A DNA stretch of 64,000 nt from Azolla caroliniana. Lineage: Eukaryota > Plantae > Polypodiophyta. The notes under the pieces are model-generated. The model did no database searches, was not told the origin of the DNA, and saw only the letters and a list, made by a program, of their open reading frames with translations. This document shows positions 38,713 to 51,750 of this stretch, piece after piece. A program made the translations under genes and the position numbers. Every line of letters begins with the position of its first letter. Within the stretch, counting starts at the first letter, position 1. The stretch is taken from NCBI GenBank assembly GCA_043228905.1, contig JBHGNT010000011.1, positions 14,198,001 through 14,262,000 on the forward strand, given 5' to 3'.

Positions 38713-39520
38713 ATGGTTAGACTTAATGAAAACAACGATCACCAGATCCCACACCCGGTAACCAAACTCATCATTGCCGTATCCAAGGAATATGCATGGT
38801 CAGGACTTCGGATCCAGCTTTGCTCTCTTGTCCTTCGCCATATGCGCGTATGCGACACACCTAAACACCTTCAGATGCCCGTAAGACAGGTCCTTACCGG
38901 TCCATACTTTCTGCGGTGAGTCTCCGTCCAAGGGTACTGAGGGTGATCTGTTTATCACATAGGTCGCCATCATCAGAGCCTCAGCCCAAAACGACTTGGG
39001 TAACTTTGCATGTGCCAGCATGCTCCGGACTCTCTCCATCACGGTCCAGTTCATCCGTTCGGCCAACCCATTTAGTTCCGGCGTCTTCGGCACGGTGAAT
39101 ACGAGCCGGATTCCCTTTGACCGGCAGTACTCCTCGAACTGCCCCCGACATTCTCCTCCGTTATCTACTCGAACCGCCTTCAGCTTCTGGTCGGTTTCTC
39201 TTTCCACTCTCGTGTGGAGCTCCTTGAAGACGGATAGCACCTGATCCTTCGTCTTCAACGGCGAGACCCACAACTTCCGGCTGTGGTCATCTATGAATGT
39301 CACGAAGTACTGCGATCCGGCATGTGACTTCGTGTCTACTTGACACACATCGGTATGCACCAGCTCTAGTGGTGGATTCCGTCTCATCGGTGGTCTTGTC
39401 TTGATCGGAAGGAGGTTCGGTTTTGCTTGCCGGCCAAGCAATCGGTGCACTTCTAAAGTTGCACGCCCTTCATTGGAATGAGGTTGTTTTTGGCAATCCT
39501 CTTCATCCCCGTCTCACTTC
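38713..39520 (-). mobile_element. Ty1/copia integrase fragment
   Basis: LELVHTDVC...YFVTFIDDHSRKLWV...LKAVRVDNGGE...PKTPELNGLAERMN...LPKSFWAEAL...YVINRSPS...KLDPKS, then C.FLGYGNDEFGYRVWD. Truncated at both ends. Confidence 0.9.
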
Positions 39521-39551
39521 ACTGGAATGAGGTTGTCTTTGGAATGAGGTT

Positions 39552-39940
39552 GCCGAACAAGGCAAGAGTGTAAATCTTGGAAAAGACTCTCGCGTCACCT
39601 ATAAAAAGGGGCTGAGAGCATTGTAACAGTATCGGTCTATTTTGGTTAATGTAAGTTTTGGTAGTTAGAGTATCTGTTGTGTCGACTACTCTATGTATTT
39701 TTTCTATGTGTCGTCGTGTCGTATGTTCAAACTTAGTCTCTGTTACACAGATTGTATTATATCTAATAGTCTATCATGAGCATATGTCTAATCGTAATAA
39801 CTATTCTTTGAGTGTAGAATCAGTGTTGACTAATCCATCTCTCCACCACAATCTTCTTCACAGAACGTTTGGAGTTGAACGTTCGACCTATTGTGCCCAT
39901 CGGTTACAACTGTCGGTTGTCGGCAAGTTAACGTCACTAT
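39552..39940 (+). mobile_element. LTR-like fragment
   Basis: CCTATAAAAAGGGGGCTGAGAGCATTGTAAC TATA context, similar to other LTRs in this window. Preceded by a triplicated TGGAATGAGGTTG junction scar. No termini or TSD resolved. Confidence 0.35.
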
Positions 39941-41589
39941 AAATATATTGTATCATCATGCAATGACATCATTATCTTTACTTCTCCTAAAGCAAAAAAG
40001 GTGTGGAATGTATGTAAGTCGAATGCAAGGTGGTGGCAGATATTACAACGTGGTTGGCATTCCAATTTTCCATTTCGTACAAAGGTATTCATATGGAGAG
40101 TCATGATTGGTGGGCTCCCATTAGGTTCAACCCTAAAGAGATGAGGACTAGGGTTAGGCATATGTTTCTTTTGCAACATTCTGTTGGAGGACAACACACA
40201 TAGGTTCATTAAATGTCCTATAGTGTGTACCATTTGGAAGTACTTATCGGACATTTGGCAAGTTTAAACCTGTTGTTATTTGAGGCCTCAATAATGGATT
40301 TTTTGTCACTATGTTCAAAATGGTCCAAATCACGAGATGAAAATATTATTCCAATTTTTACGATATTAGGGACTACAACATAATTTGAATATTGTGTCGA
40401 TCACATGGACCACACCCAAATTAGGCCCCTACCAAGCCCCCAGAATTAGAAGAACTAATTGGAGCGGGAGAACACCCTCCACGCTAAGAGTAGTCTATAA
40501 AATGTAACTTGGAATGTAATGGAAAGGGAGCTATTCTTGAGAGCATTTCACATCTTGGTGGAGAAGACGGGCAAAGCAACCCCAACTCACAACCCCAACA
40601 ACACACGCCATGATGCAACACGACAACAACGGCGGCAACGCAAACTCAATGAACCCGGAATTCCTACAACAACAAATTCAAGACCATCAGCCCACATCGC
40701 CAATCGACCAATTGGTTCAAGCCCTGTCCAACATTATTTTAGAAGTTAACCATACTAACCAAGCCATGTTGTCATTTCTTTCAGCACGATCAGAGCCACA
40801 ATAGAATCTCCCGGACCCTCGAGTTTGCCCAAAACCATTCTCTGGCCTACCATCGGAAGACGTCCTCTCTTGGCTGGATCATTTCGAAATGGTGGCTAGT
40901 GGCCACCAGTGGCCACACCCCTGGAAGGCAATGGAAATGAAGACACTCCTCAAGAATATCGCAGCAACATGGCTTGTACAACAACCCGAAGAGACACGCA
41001 ACGACTGAGATCTGTTACGGGCAGCCATGATTTGGAATTTTGCTCATCAAGACTCCCGCCAGACGGCCCTACAACAACTCGAGTCAATTGCCCAACAGCC
41101 ACACGAACCCATCACCCAGTTCGTGGTTCGGTTTGTGCAGATCCTACGCTGGGCTAACGCCAACATGTCGGAAGACATGAAGTTGTTTTTCTTATGGCCG
41201 CGTATCCGACATGACCTCCGCCACCATGTACGTGATCAAGGCCCGACAACACTACACGAAGCCATCCTCACCGCCCAACGCATCGAAGCTGCAGACGCGC
41301 ACGACATGCACACACTAGGTAATCTCAGTCACGATCATACAAACACTATGATAGCCGCCACTCCCATGGACATCGACGTCCAGAACGCGCAATTATGCGC
41401 CAAGCGTGCATTGCCCGAATGAGACAGCCAGGGACGCCCCAAATGTTTCTATTGCAACAACTATGGCCACATTCGGCGTCACTGCCGAAAGTGGCAAATC
41501 ACCAACAGAAGCAGAATGTCCAATAAGCCGACGCTGCCTCCCTCTCTGAGCTCCAGGATAACTAATGTGCAGGGTGCCGTAGGGAGAGC

Positions 41590-41750
41590 TGCCCCCGCAC
41601 GTCCACGCCTCCACGTCATCAACTTCTCATGTTTTTCCCTCAATCGAGCCGCCCTCGGACGTGCACGCCTCCACGTCATCAACTTCTCTCGTTTATAGCA
41701 CGATCGAGTCGACCCCGCATGTCCACGCCTCCACGTCATCTACTTCGCCC
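41590..41750. repeat. Three imperfect ~60-bp tandem repeats at the gypsy gag/protease junction
   Basis: CGT(C/G)CACGCCTCCACGTCATC(A/T)ACTTC recurs at about 41600, 41660 and 41720. Confidence 0.85.
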
Positions 41751-43809
41751 GTTTGTACCATAATCGTCTGCCTCTAGCACATGACCCAAGAAGTTCTCCT
41801 CGACTCCGGCAACAACATCTCTTCCATCAGCGCAGATTTAGTCACCCAATTACAACTTCCCACAAGCCACGCACCGCCCATTAAAATCCTCTTCGGCGAC
41901 CAACAACGGTTATACCACTGACATACGCAAGTCATGTGCATGCTCACCATCAGTTCCACCTAGATCCAACATTGTTTCTACGTCCTCTCGCGCTAGTTGT
42001 TCCCAATCACCCTGGGTTGTGATTGGTTCCTCCATAGTCGAGCCTGTCTCGATTTCTCCTCACAACAACTCATCCTCCCCAATAACCTTCCAATCGCTCT
42101 TCACTACTCTGCGAGATACCACCCACATCAACAACACACAATACCTGGTATCACCAACAGAGCGCATCCATGACATCCGGCGACTCCTCGCCACCTTTCC
42201 CTCGCTGTCTACACCACCTGCAAAACCTCCCTCGGTCCGTTTTCCGATCCACCACACGATTCCTACAGGCAACGCCCGCCCCATCAATGCAACTCCCCGA
42301 CGTCGCTCGCCTCTCGACCACGAGCGCATCGACAACGCCGTCAAAACTATGCTACAACAGGGGATTATCACACCTTCCAAGAGCGAGTGGATCTCGGAGC
42401 CACACATGGTAAAGAAAGGGGATGGCTCTTACCGTTTTTGTGTCGACTTCCGACAACTAAACCATGTCACCACCCATGACCGATATCCTCTCCCTCGTAT
42501 TGATGACCTCCTCGACCAGCTCAACAAATCAAAGTACTTCACCTCCCTCGATCTGGCCTCGGGATATTGGTAGATCCTTATGAATCCTAAAGATGCCCAC
42601 AAAACTGCATTCCGCACTAGGAAAGGCATTTTTCAGTTCACACGGATGCCCTTCGGCCTATCTGATGCTGGAAGCACATTCCAGCGAATGGCTAACGCCA
42701 TCTTCGATGATCTCATCACCCGCCGCGTCGTCATCGTCTATCTAGACAATATTTTGATACATACGAGCACTTGGGCGGAACACCTTCAAGTCCTTTGGGA
42801 GGTCCTCACTTGTGTTCAACGTTACCGATTACAGCTGCAATGGAAGAAGTGTCGATGGGGTAGTACGTGCCTCCGCTTCCTCGGGTACGTCATCTCCTCC
42901 GACGGAGTACAGATGGACCGAGAGAAGACGGAAGCAGTCCAAAAATTCCCACGCCCCACCATAGTCAAGCAGCTTCAACGCTTCCTCGGCCTCCTCATGT
43001 TCTCTCTCCACTTCATCCCACGGCTAGCCGACCTGTCAGTCCCACTATGCGCGCTCCTGCAAAAAGACGCACCCTTCCTATGGACCGAAGCCTGCGAATC
43101 CAGCTTCTTGCAGCTCAAGCGAACACTCCAAGCCTCTGACCTCCTAGCCCACCTTGATTTCACGAAGCCTTTCCATCTGCAGACGGATGCCTCCAATGTC
43201 GGCCTTGGTGTGGTCCTACTCCAATCAGACGACAACAACCAACTCCGCCCGATTGCCTACATAAGTCGGTCACTTACCAAAGCCGAACAAAATTACTCGA
43301 CATCCAAAAAAGAGTTGCTCGCCATCGTCTGGGCATTCCATCGTTTCCACCCATACCTACACGGATCAAATACATCAGTCGAACCTGACCATCAACCATT
43401 GCTCTCCCTCATAAAGAAGGCTCATCCACCCGGTCGCTTACTCCGTTGGGCTTTGGCGCTACAGGATTACACATTCACGCTGCACTATCGTCGTGATCCC
43501 CAGAACATCGTCACCGATGGATTATCCCGCATATCCTTTCAAGCGAACTAGATTGCCACTGACACAATCGATTTGCCCATATCCTCCTCCCAAATAGCCA
43601 ACATGCAACAACATGACAAAAAAATCCAAGACATCTACCACCACCTACGAGCCGAGCCCGCATCAAGCCTCTGACCTCCTTGCCCACCCTGATTTCACGA
43701 AGCCTTTCCATCTGCAGACGGATGCCTCCAATGTCGGCCTTGGTGCAGTCTTACTTCAATCTGATGACAACAACCAACTCCGCCCGATTGCTTACATAAG
43801 TCGATCACA

Positions 43810-46800
43810 TAAGTCACCCGAAGCAGAATCGGTCCAGACAATCGGTTTCAATAATCAGTATCTGGCATATATATTCGGAAGCGAACCGGGCTCACTCCGA
43901 CTCGGCAACATTCGGGAAGACCAGTTGGCTCTGTCCCTCAAGTTACCAGAGTCAATTCGAGCAAGTTCAACAATACAGATATCCGAAACCGAACCGACTC
44001 AGGTTCAAATCCGACTAGAACGATACCGGGTGAGCCGACCGGCTGCACTCCAACAAGGTTCGTAGTCAATTTCGAACCGAGCTTCGTCAACCGAAACCGA
44101 ATCTGATGGCATCAACATGCGGCTCATCGGAAATGAGTCTAAGGAGGTTCGACGGTTCGAACTTCAATTTTTGGAAGGAGCAAATGCAGGACTATCTTAT
44201 AGTCAAGGGTCAGATCGATCCGATTGAGAATGAAACTGCTCTAGAAATATACAAGGCAAATGAGTGGCAGAAGCTGGACAGAATCGTCCGCGCCACGATT
44301 CGGATGCACCTGTCGGAGTCAGTGTACTTCACAGTGAAATCGTGCACGACAGCCTTCGAACTTTGGAAGAAGCTGTCGGAAACCTACGAAAAGAAGGTCG
44401 CCTCAACGAAGATGTATTTGATCCGGCGCCTCTACAACTTGCGGATGAAAGACTCTGATTCGGTTCAGGCACACCTTAACGAGTACGAAAGTTTGAGCTC
44501 CCAAATCTCGTCACAGGGGACGACAATCGAGGATGAACTCAGAGCAATGATACTCATGAGCAATCTCCCCTCCTCTTGGGAAACCTTCGTTACAACTGTG
44601 TGCAACGCTTCTACGACTGCCATCAAGTACTCCGAAGTCACAAGTGCAATCCTGATTGAAGCAGCTCGGAGAAAGTCTTTCACCAAAGACTCGGCAGAAG
44701 AAGCCTATGTAGTACAAGGTTCGACCGACCGATCGAACAACCGGGGAAGAAGTTCTTCCCGACCGCCGACAAATCAGCGAAGCCGCAGCAAGTTCCGGGA
44801 AACCCGAATCTGCAACTACTGCAAGAAACCGGGACACATCAAGGCCGACTGTCGGGTACTCAAGTCAAAGACATACAAAGCTCAAAGAGTTGATCAGAGG
44901 AGTAACCGGCATGAGGAAGTCAACTATGTCGGCTCTTCAGCCGAGATATTGACGACCGACCCGAACATATTGTCCATAGAGAATCCAGTCGAAGCAGAAG
45001 TTCTGCTTACGATTGAGGAATCGAGCACATGGCTTCTGGGCTCGGGCGTGTCGTATCACGTGACACCTCACCGATCAAAGTTTCGGCAATATTCGAACCG
45101 CCACTCCAACTTAGTTTGAGTCGGAAATTCGCAGCACTGTGCTATCATCGGAATCGGCACCGTAGAGCTCAACCTTCCGGGTGGCTCTACACTCGTACTA
45201 CACGACGTCCGACACGTTCCTGAGCTCTCACGACCCTTGATCTCCGTCGGACAACTTGATGAAGCTGGCATCCGTGCTGGTTTCTCATCAGGAGGGTGGA
45301 CACTCCACAAAGGGAACCTCCTGCTTGCTAGAGGACCAAAGGTACACTCATTGTACCCTTTGTATGTCACACTCAGAGAGGGTGACTTATTTCTAGTAGA
45401 TATCCCTGTGTCATCCTTATGGCATGGATGACTTGGACACCTCAACAAGGCCGGCATCACGCACCTATCCAGAGCCGGATACATCCCGAAACTCTCCTTC
45501 TCGGACCATCAGTTTTGCGAGTATTGCCAGTACGGCAATTAGGTAGCTGCATCACACCCGACATCAGCACCAAGAGAGTCGAGCCCGCTCGATTTGGTCC
45601 ACTCGGACGTCTGTGGCCCGATGCCACATCAGTCACTTGGTGGTGCCTCGTACTTCGTCAGTTTCATTGACGACTCGACTCAGAAGGTGTGGGCTTACCC
45701 CATCAGAACCAAAGATTGGGTGTTCTCGATCTTCTCAGATTGGCTTGCAATGGTCGAGAACCAGACCGGTCGGAAACTGAAGTGCCTCCGAACTGACAAT
45801 GGAGGTGAGTTCAAATCTGATGAATTCGTCAAATTTTGCCGAGAACGTGGCATTAGACGTGAATATACGGCACCATATAGTCCGGAGCAGAACGGAATCG
45901 CAGAACGCATGAATCAGACGATTCAAGAACACGTTGTATCCATGCTCCGACACTCTGGACTGTCGGATGGCTTCTAGGCAGAGGCTCTACTCACAGCAGT
46001 ACACATAATCAATATGTCGCCAAGTAGACCTCTAGGACTTATGATACCTCAGGAAATATGGACCAACAGAAAGCCGAATTATGATAAGTTGAGGATTTTC
46101 GGTTGCGAGGCCTACGCCCTCATACCGAAAGACGACCGCCGAAAACTCGAACCGAATCAAGGAAATGAGTTTTCCTCGGGTATGAACCCGACGGCGAGAT
46201 CGGATATCGACTCTGGGACCCCCAGCACAGGCAAATCGTCCGAAGTTCGGACGTCATGTTCAACGAGTCGACTATGCACAAAACGGCCGAAAGGCCTATT
46301 GAAGTCCGAAGGGTAATATTTTCCGAAGTGCCAAGCCTTCATGACGGCCCAACACACCACACGAGACCGGTTTCACGGGTAACCGACTTCTCTTGCACCG
46401 AATCCACAGATTCGGCACAGCTGAACGGCTCGGCTTCCGACCATCTGACATCGACACCCGGTGCGACTAGTCCAGTCATACCGAGAGACTGTCGCAACCT
46501 CCGGAGAGGTACTCTCCCGGAATTTTCTTCACCGATGCCGGCGAACCGACGTCCTACGAAGAAGCATCGACAGCTGTCGATTCAGCCACCTGGCATCTGG
46601 CAATGGAGTCGGAAATGCACTCCATCCACGCCAACAAAACTTGGGATCTGGTCGACTTACCGAAGAACCGACGTGCTCTTCCTTGCAAGTGGGTCTACAG
46701 ACTAAAGGAGACGTCTAACTCGACCGCCCCAAAGTACAAGGCCAGATTAGTTGCGAAGGGATTTCGACAGGAATATGGCGTTGACTTCGATGAAATCTTT

Positions 46801-48462
46801 TCACCAGTGGTGAAAATGACCACCCTTCGTTTCATGCTCGGTGTTGTGACTGCCGACAATTTGGAGCTGATTCAGCTAGATGTGAAAACGGCATTCCTCC
46901 ACGGTGATCTAAAGGAGGAAATCTACATGGAGCAGCCGAAAGGCTTTGTGGCCACCGGTCAGGAACATCTAGTCTGCCGACTCAGGAAGAGTCTCTACGG
47001 CCTGAAACATGCACCCCGACAGTGGTACAAGAAGTTCGACGATTTCATCCAGTCGGTCAGCTTCTCCAAGAGCCATGAGGACCACTGCCTCTTCACCAAA
47101 ACAACTCAACACGGTTCTCCCGTCTTCCTCATCATCTATGTGGACGACATACTACTCTCCGATCAGCATACCGGAGAGCTTACTGAACTCGTTCGGAAAC
47201 CGCGATTGACGTTTGCCATGAAGGACCTCGGTCCGGCAAGACACATACTCGGAATGAAGATTAGTCGGAATCGCGCCAAAAGACAGCTTTTTCTGTCTCA
47301 AACCGACTACATCGGACGTGTCTTGGAACGCTTCAACATGCAATCGGCCAAGTCTGCTTCGACCCCGCTCCCCGTTCATGAAGTCGGTACCGTATGCACC
47401 GGCAGTAGGCTCTCTGATGTACGCGATAGTTGCGACACGACCTGATATCTCTCATGCCGTAGGAGTCATCAACAGATTTATGCACAATCCCGGCTGATCG
47501 CACTGGAACACAGTCAAGCATGTGTTCAGATATTTAGCCGGCACAAAAGACCACGACATCCTTTTCGGTCCGAACTCAACTTCAGGCGTAGCCGGTTACA
47601 CCGACTCGGACTTCGCCGGCCGTGTGGACAGTCGCAAGTCAACAACCAGATATTGCTTTAAATTCGGCAATGGAGCAATCTCGTGGAAGTCGAAACTTAA
47701 GGAGTGCACAGCCACCTCAACGACCGAAGCAGAATATGTAGCTGCCTCCGACGCAGCGAAAGAAGCTTTATGGCTCGGTCGGCTGGCGCACACATTTCGG
47801 CAAGTCGACTCCAACTCGTCTCCAGTTGTCTACAGCGACAGTCAGAGTGTTGTAGCTTTGTCGAAAAATCCGGTTCATCACAACGCCTCCAAGCATATCG
47901 AAGTTCGATATCACTTCGTTCAGGACTGCGTCATTTCTGGGAAAATCGGTTTAGAGAAGATATCCACAACTGATAATGTCGCAGATGGAATGACCAAGTG
48001 TCTTTGGGCAGACCGGTTTCGGTCTCTTCGGCAACAGATGGGCGTAACAACATATCGGTCCGGTTGAAGCCGGACATAGTGCAGGACGGTTTCGGACAAC
48101 AGACATCGGTTCACCGACGATCGGCTTCAGCTTTTCCGACTCGACCGGTTCGGTCTTCTGTCTTCGGATCATGCCAATTTGAACAAAACCGATCCGTCCG
48201 AGAACCTATGCCTATACCTGTATTTTTCTTTAGATAGCCCATGTATACGCCCATTACGGGGGAGTGTCGAATACAAATGTATAATGGACGTATTCACACT
48301 ATCCTCTTAGAGAGCCCAAGTTCGGGCTATTTCTATAAATAACATAAAGGACAGTTGCCCTAAGTGAGTCACTATATAAAGTGACCTTGTAACCTTTTGA
48401 AAAGGTTGGTTGTTCATTGTTGTAACGGTTGCCCTTTTATGAATATAGACATATTCTTTGTG

Positions 48463-48499
<37 letters not shown>

Positions 48500-48548
48500 C
48501 TACGTATTCTATTCTTCCTTCTCCCATACGCAGGTAGTTTATTCGTCA
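43810..48548 (+). mobile_element. Ty1/copia retrotransposon (Tnt1/Tork-like), near full length, 5' LTR and PBS missing, nested in the gypsy element
   Basis: Gag 44106-45119 (FDGSNFNFWKEQMQDYL, CNYCKKPGHIKADC); protease WLLGSGVSYH; integrase (VHSDVCGP, TDNGGEF, PEQNGIAERMN); RT (TWDLV, KARLVAKG, LDVKTAFLHG, YVDDILL); RNase H (GYTDSDFAG, STTEAEY, KHIEVRYHF) ending 48067. PPT ACGGGGGAG, then 3' LTR from 48265 (TGTCGAATA) to about 48548 (TATTCGTCA). Several stops and frameshifts. Confidence 0.93.
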
Positions 48549-48824
48549 TCGATTCAGAATGTTGTGATCTCTTCCGCACTGACGGCCTTGTCCATTTCCC
48601 TACATCCCTCACCAAGCAATTCATGATCCAGGATAATGTCCTGCTTTTTTTGCCAAGTAGGCAAGGAACCCCGGGTCTACGTGCCTGAGCAACTGCGCCT
48701 GTCTTACCTTCGTTTCTTCCACGATCACCCATTGTCCGGCCACTTGGGTTTTCATAAGGTGCTAGACAAAATCCGTTGCAAATTCTATTGGTTGGGGCTA
48801 CGCCACGAGGTCGCCTCCTACATC

Positions 48825-51750
48825 TGTTAACTCTTCGGGCCGGACAATGGCCTAACACAGGGTGTCTACGGGAGACACTTCACCAAAGGGTGTTACGGCA
48901 ACCGGATTAGACTTCAACGCTTAATCCTACTTGGTTAAGTTACTTATTATGATCGTCTTTCATAACACACGCGTAAGATATAACAATTAAGACAGAACGA
49001 CAATTAACACAGAGAGATAACAACGCTTAAGCTTCCATTAATTAACCGCTAACTATTACATTGTATCTGGGCCTTTAAATAGGTTTCCGGTCTGTATTAC
49101 AAAACGGTGCCATCCGCACCTGTTCGGGATCGGTCCGGATCCAGAACGGCACACTGTTTCCGATCCGTCCGTCCACACTCATAGCTTAATTACAACCACA
49201 TTCCTATTACTTAATTAACTCTCCGTTTCCCACTCTGGACTCCTTTGCCGGCCGGTAACACATGGCACGCCCGTGGGACAGTACCTTGTACGTCGAATCC
49301 ACAACCAACCCTTGCTATTCTTCGTCCAAAATGTCCAGAATGCTTTGTTCGAGAGGCTCCAATGGTTCATCTGGAAGTGGTTGTTGTTGTTGTTGTTGTT
49401 GCTCTGTTGATGTCTGCTGCGGTGGGTCCGTTGGTGGTTGCTGCGGCTGCTCCTTCATTTGTGGCTCTGAGACCGGCGTCTCCGTCGTTGCTCCCTGCGT
49501 CGTAGTGGTCTTTGGTTGACTGGTTCCCGGCTGGCCCTCAGCCGGTGACGGTTCCTCATCACTAAGGTTAACCGTTGCCGCTTCCCGTGCTTTTTCTTCC
49601 CGCACCCGGGACCGCTCGTAGCTTTCAAACTGGATTTGAGCGTCCAGCCTATCATCGTCTAGTTGAGCTATGAGCTGCTTGACCTGCGCCAGCTGTTCAT
49701 CTGCCAGGACTTGGAAGTCGTCGGCCAGCTCGTCCCGTATGGCGGTGAAGTCCTCGGAAGTCAACGTATAACAGTCATCTCCTTCCTTCCGCCGGTTTGC
49801 CACATCCGCCCGTAGCAACTGGAGTTCCGCTGCGTTTTGTGCCCACTTTGTCCACCATTTTACGGAGCTTTCATCAATCAAGTGTTTTGTCTGATTCAGC
49901 CATGCCCGGAGGATGGACTGAATCCGGCTCGTTCCCAATTGCGATTTGGTTTTTGTCGCTTGCCGTTCCTCCTTCAATTGTTTGATGATTTTGACGTTGT
50001 CCTCCGCCTGTGCCTTGTAATGCGTCAATTGCCTTTGATATGTGCTTTGTAATTTCTGCAATACTGTTGACGCTCTCTCCTTGTCTTCCTGCTGCTGCCT
50101 CTGGAGCTCCATCCGGACCTTCTCCGCCTCGTCCAAGCGTCTTGTATTTTCCGCCCGTTCGTAGGCGATTGCCGTCGCGGCCCGATCAACTGCCTGTTGG
50201 AGCTCGGCCATCCGTTCTTTATGCTCCATTTCCAGCCGTTTGTAGTCCCGGTGCAGGTGCTCAAAATCATCCGTCTTTTGCTTGAGCCGTGCGTTGATCT
50301 GACGACGGGCCCGGTCCTCGCGGTCCTTCTACTGGCGGAGCTCTTCCTTTAGCCGTTCAATCTCTGTTTCCGCCGTTTGCCAGATGGTATAAAATAAGCT
50401 TACCATTACAGTCTGGTCCACCTCCTTTTGAAAAAAATGCAAGAATTTAGCTTTTAAATCTGCAAAGGTGTTGATGGTAGACGGGTCCTACGTCCGGCGC
50501 CATCTTGCTGCCGGTCCCTCCAATGTGACGCCAAATTCCGCTATCTTATAGCGTTCTTCTTCCTCCGGGGTCAATCGCTGGGACACATGGTTGGCTTCCC
50601 ATGTCTATTCAAAGGCGTGCACATGAGCTTCCGCGTCCGGATCATCTCTATACTTGGAGTACTGGAACGGCATGTCGTCGTCCGGTATTGGTGCGCGGGC
50701 TGGAAGTGTTGGTGCTCGTTCCGGAATCTTCTCCGGTGTGGGTGGTCTTTCCCGATTTGTTTCTGGCGTCGGTGGTTTTTCCTCTTCCTTTGGTGACGGA
50801 AGCCTCTCCTCTTCGACTTCCGGTGTCGGAGGTCGCTCTTCCTCTGTTGGTTCCGGGGGTTCCAGCGTTAGCACTTCCGGTTCCGGTGTCGGTAAGGTAT
50901 CCGATCCTTCGTCCTCCGGTCCGCCCGGGGTTTCGTTGCTGCTACGGTAGTTCGTGTGCACGCTGTATTCCCCTTCGGAGTCTGATTCATATGCTGAAAA
51001 GGCTTCTGCTTCGCCTTCTCCATTTGCCAACGCGTGGAGAAGGGATCCGGTTTCCCGGAGGTTGCTTAGCCTGCTGCCGTCGTCCGGGTGCGATGTTTGC
51101 TGTAACCAGAGGGAGTCCTCCGCTACTCTCCGGATTACGTTGGAAAACGAGCAATCCGCTCTAATTTCCTGCGCCGCTTGCTGGAAAGCCTCGCGTCTCC
51201 TTTGCCTTTTGGCAAGGCATCGAGTTCTATCTGTAACCAGGTCTTGCGTTGATCTAGACATCCATCTGTGCCGTCGTTCGCTGCAAAAACCGGAATCGTG
51301 GTCGCCAAAAACTGTGTTAACTCTTTGGGCCGGACAATGGCCTAACACAGGGTGTCTACGGGAGACACTTCACCAAAGGGTGTTACGGCAACCGGATTAG
51401 ACTTCAACACTTAATCCTACTTGGTTAAGTTACTTATTATGATCATCTTTCATAACACACACGTAAGATATAACAATTAAGACAGAATGGCAATTAACAC
51501 AGAGAGATAACAACGCTTAAGCTTTCATTAATTAACCGCTAACTATTACATTGTATCCGGGCCTTTAAATAGGTTTCCGGTCAGTATTACAAAACGGTGC
51601 CATCCGCACCTGTTCGGGATTGGTCCGGATCTGGAACGACACACCGTTTCCGGTTCGTCCGTCCACACTCATAGCTTAATTACAACCACATTCCTATTAC
51701 TTAATTAACTCTCCGTTTCCCACTCTGGACTCCTTTGCCGGCCGGTAACA
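48825..51750 (-). mobile_element. Non-autonomous LTR retrotransposon (2.9 kb) inserted in the gypsy integrase gene
   Basis: 436-bp direct LTRs 48825-49260 and 51315-51750 (TG..CA; I counted about 16 mismatches, almost all transitions). 5-bp TSD ACATC at 48820-48824 and 51751-51755. Minus-strand PBS-like TGGCGACCAC at 51307-51298. No pol motifs. Confidence 0.95.
49315..51261 (-). pseudogene. Gag N-terminal/coiled-coil fusion ORF of the non-autonomous element (about 650 codons, three premature TAG)
   Basis: ORFs 50605-51348 and 49315-50229 are in the same frame, linked through TAG at 50607-50605, 50490-50488 and 50331-50329. Sequence runs: Pro/Glu-rich region, gag-like DAEAHVHAFE...FGVTLEGPAARW...TFADLKAKFLHFF...FYTIWQ, long E/Q/R/K helical region, then Q/P/T-rich tail. 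Confidence 0.7.
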
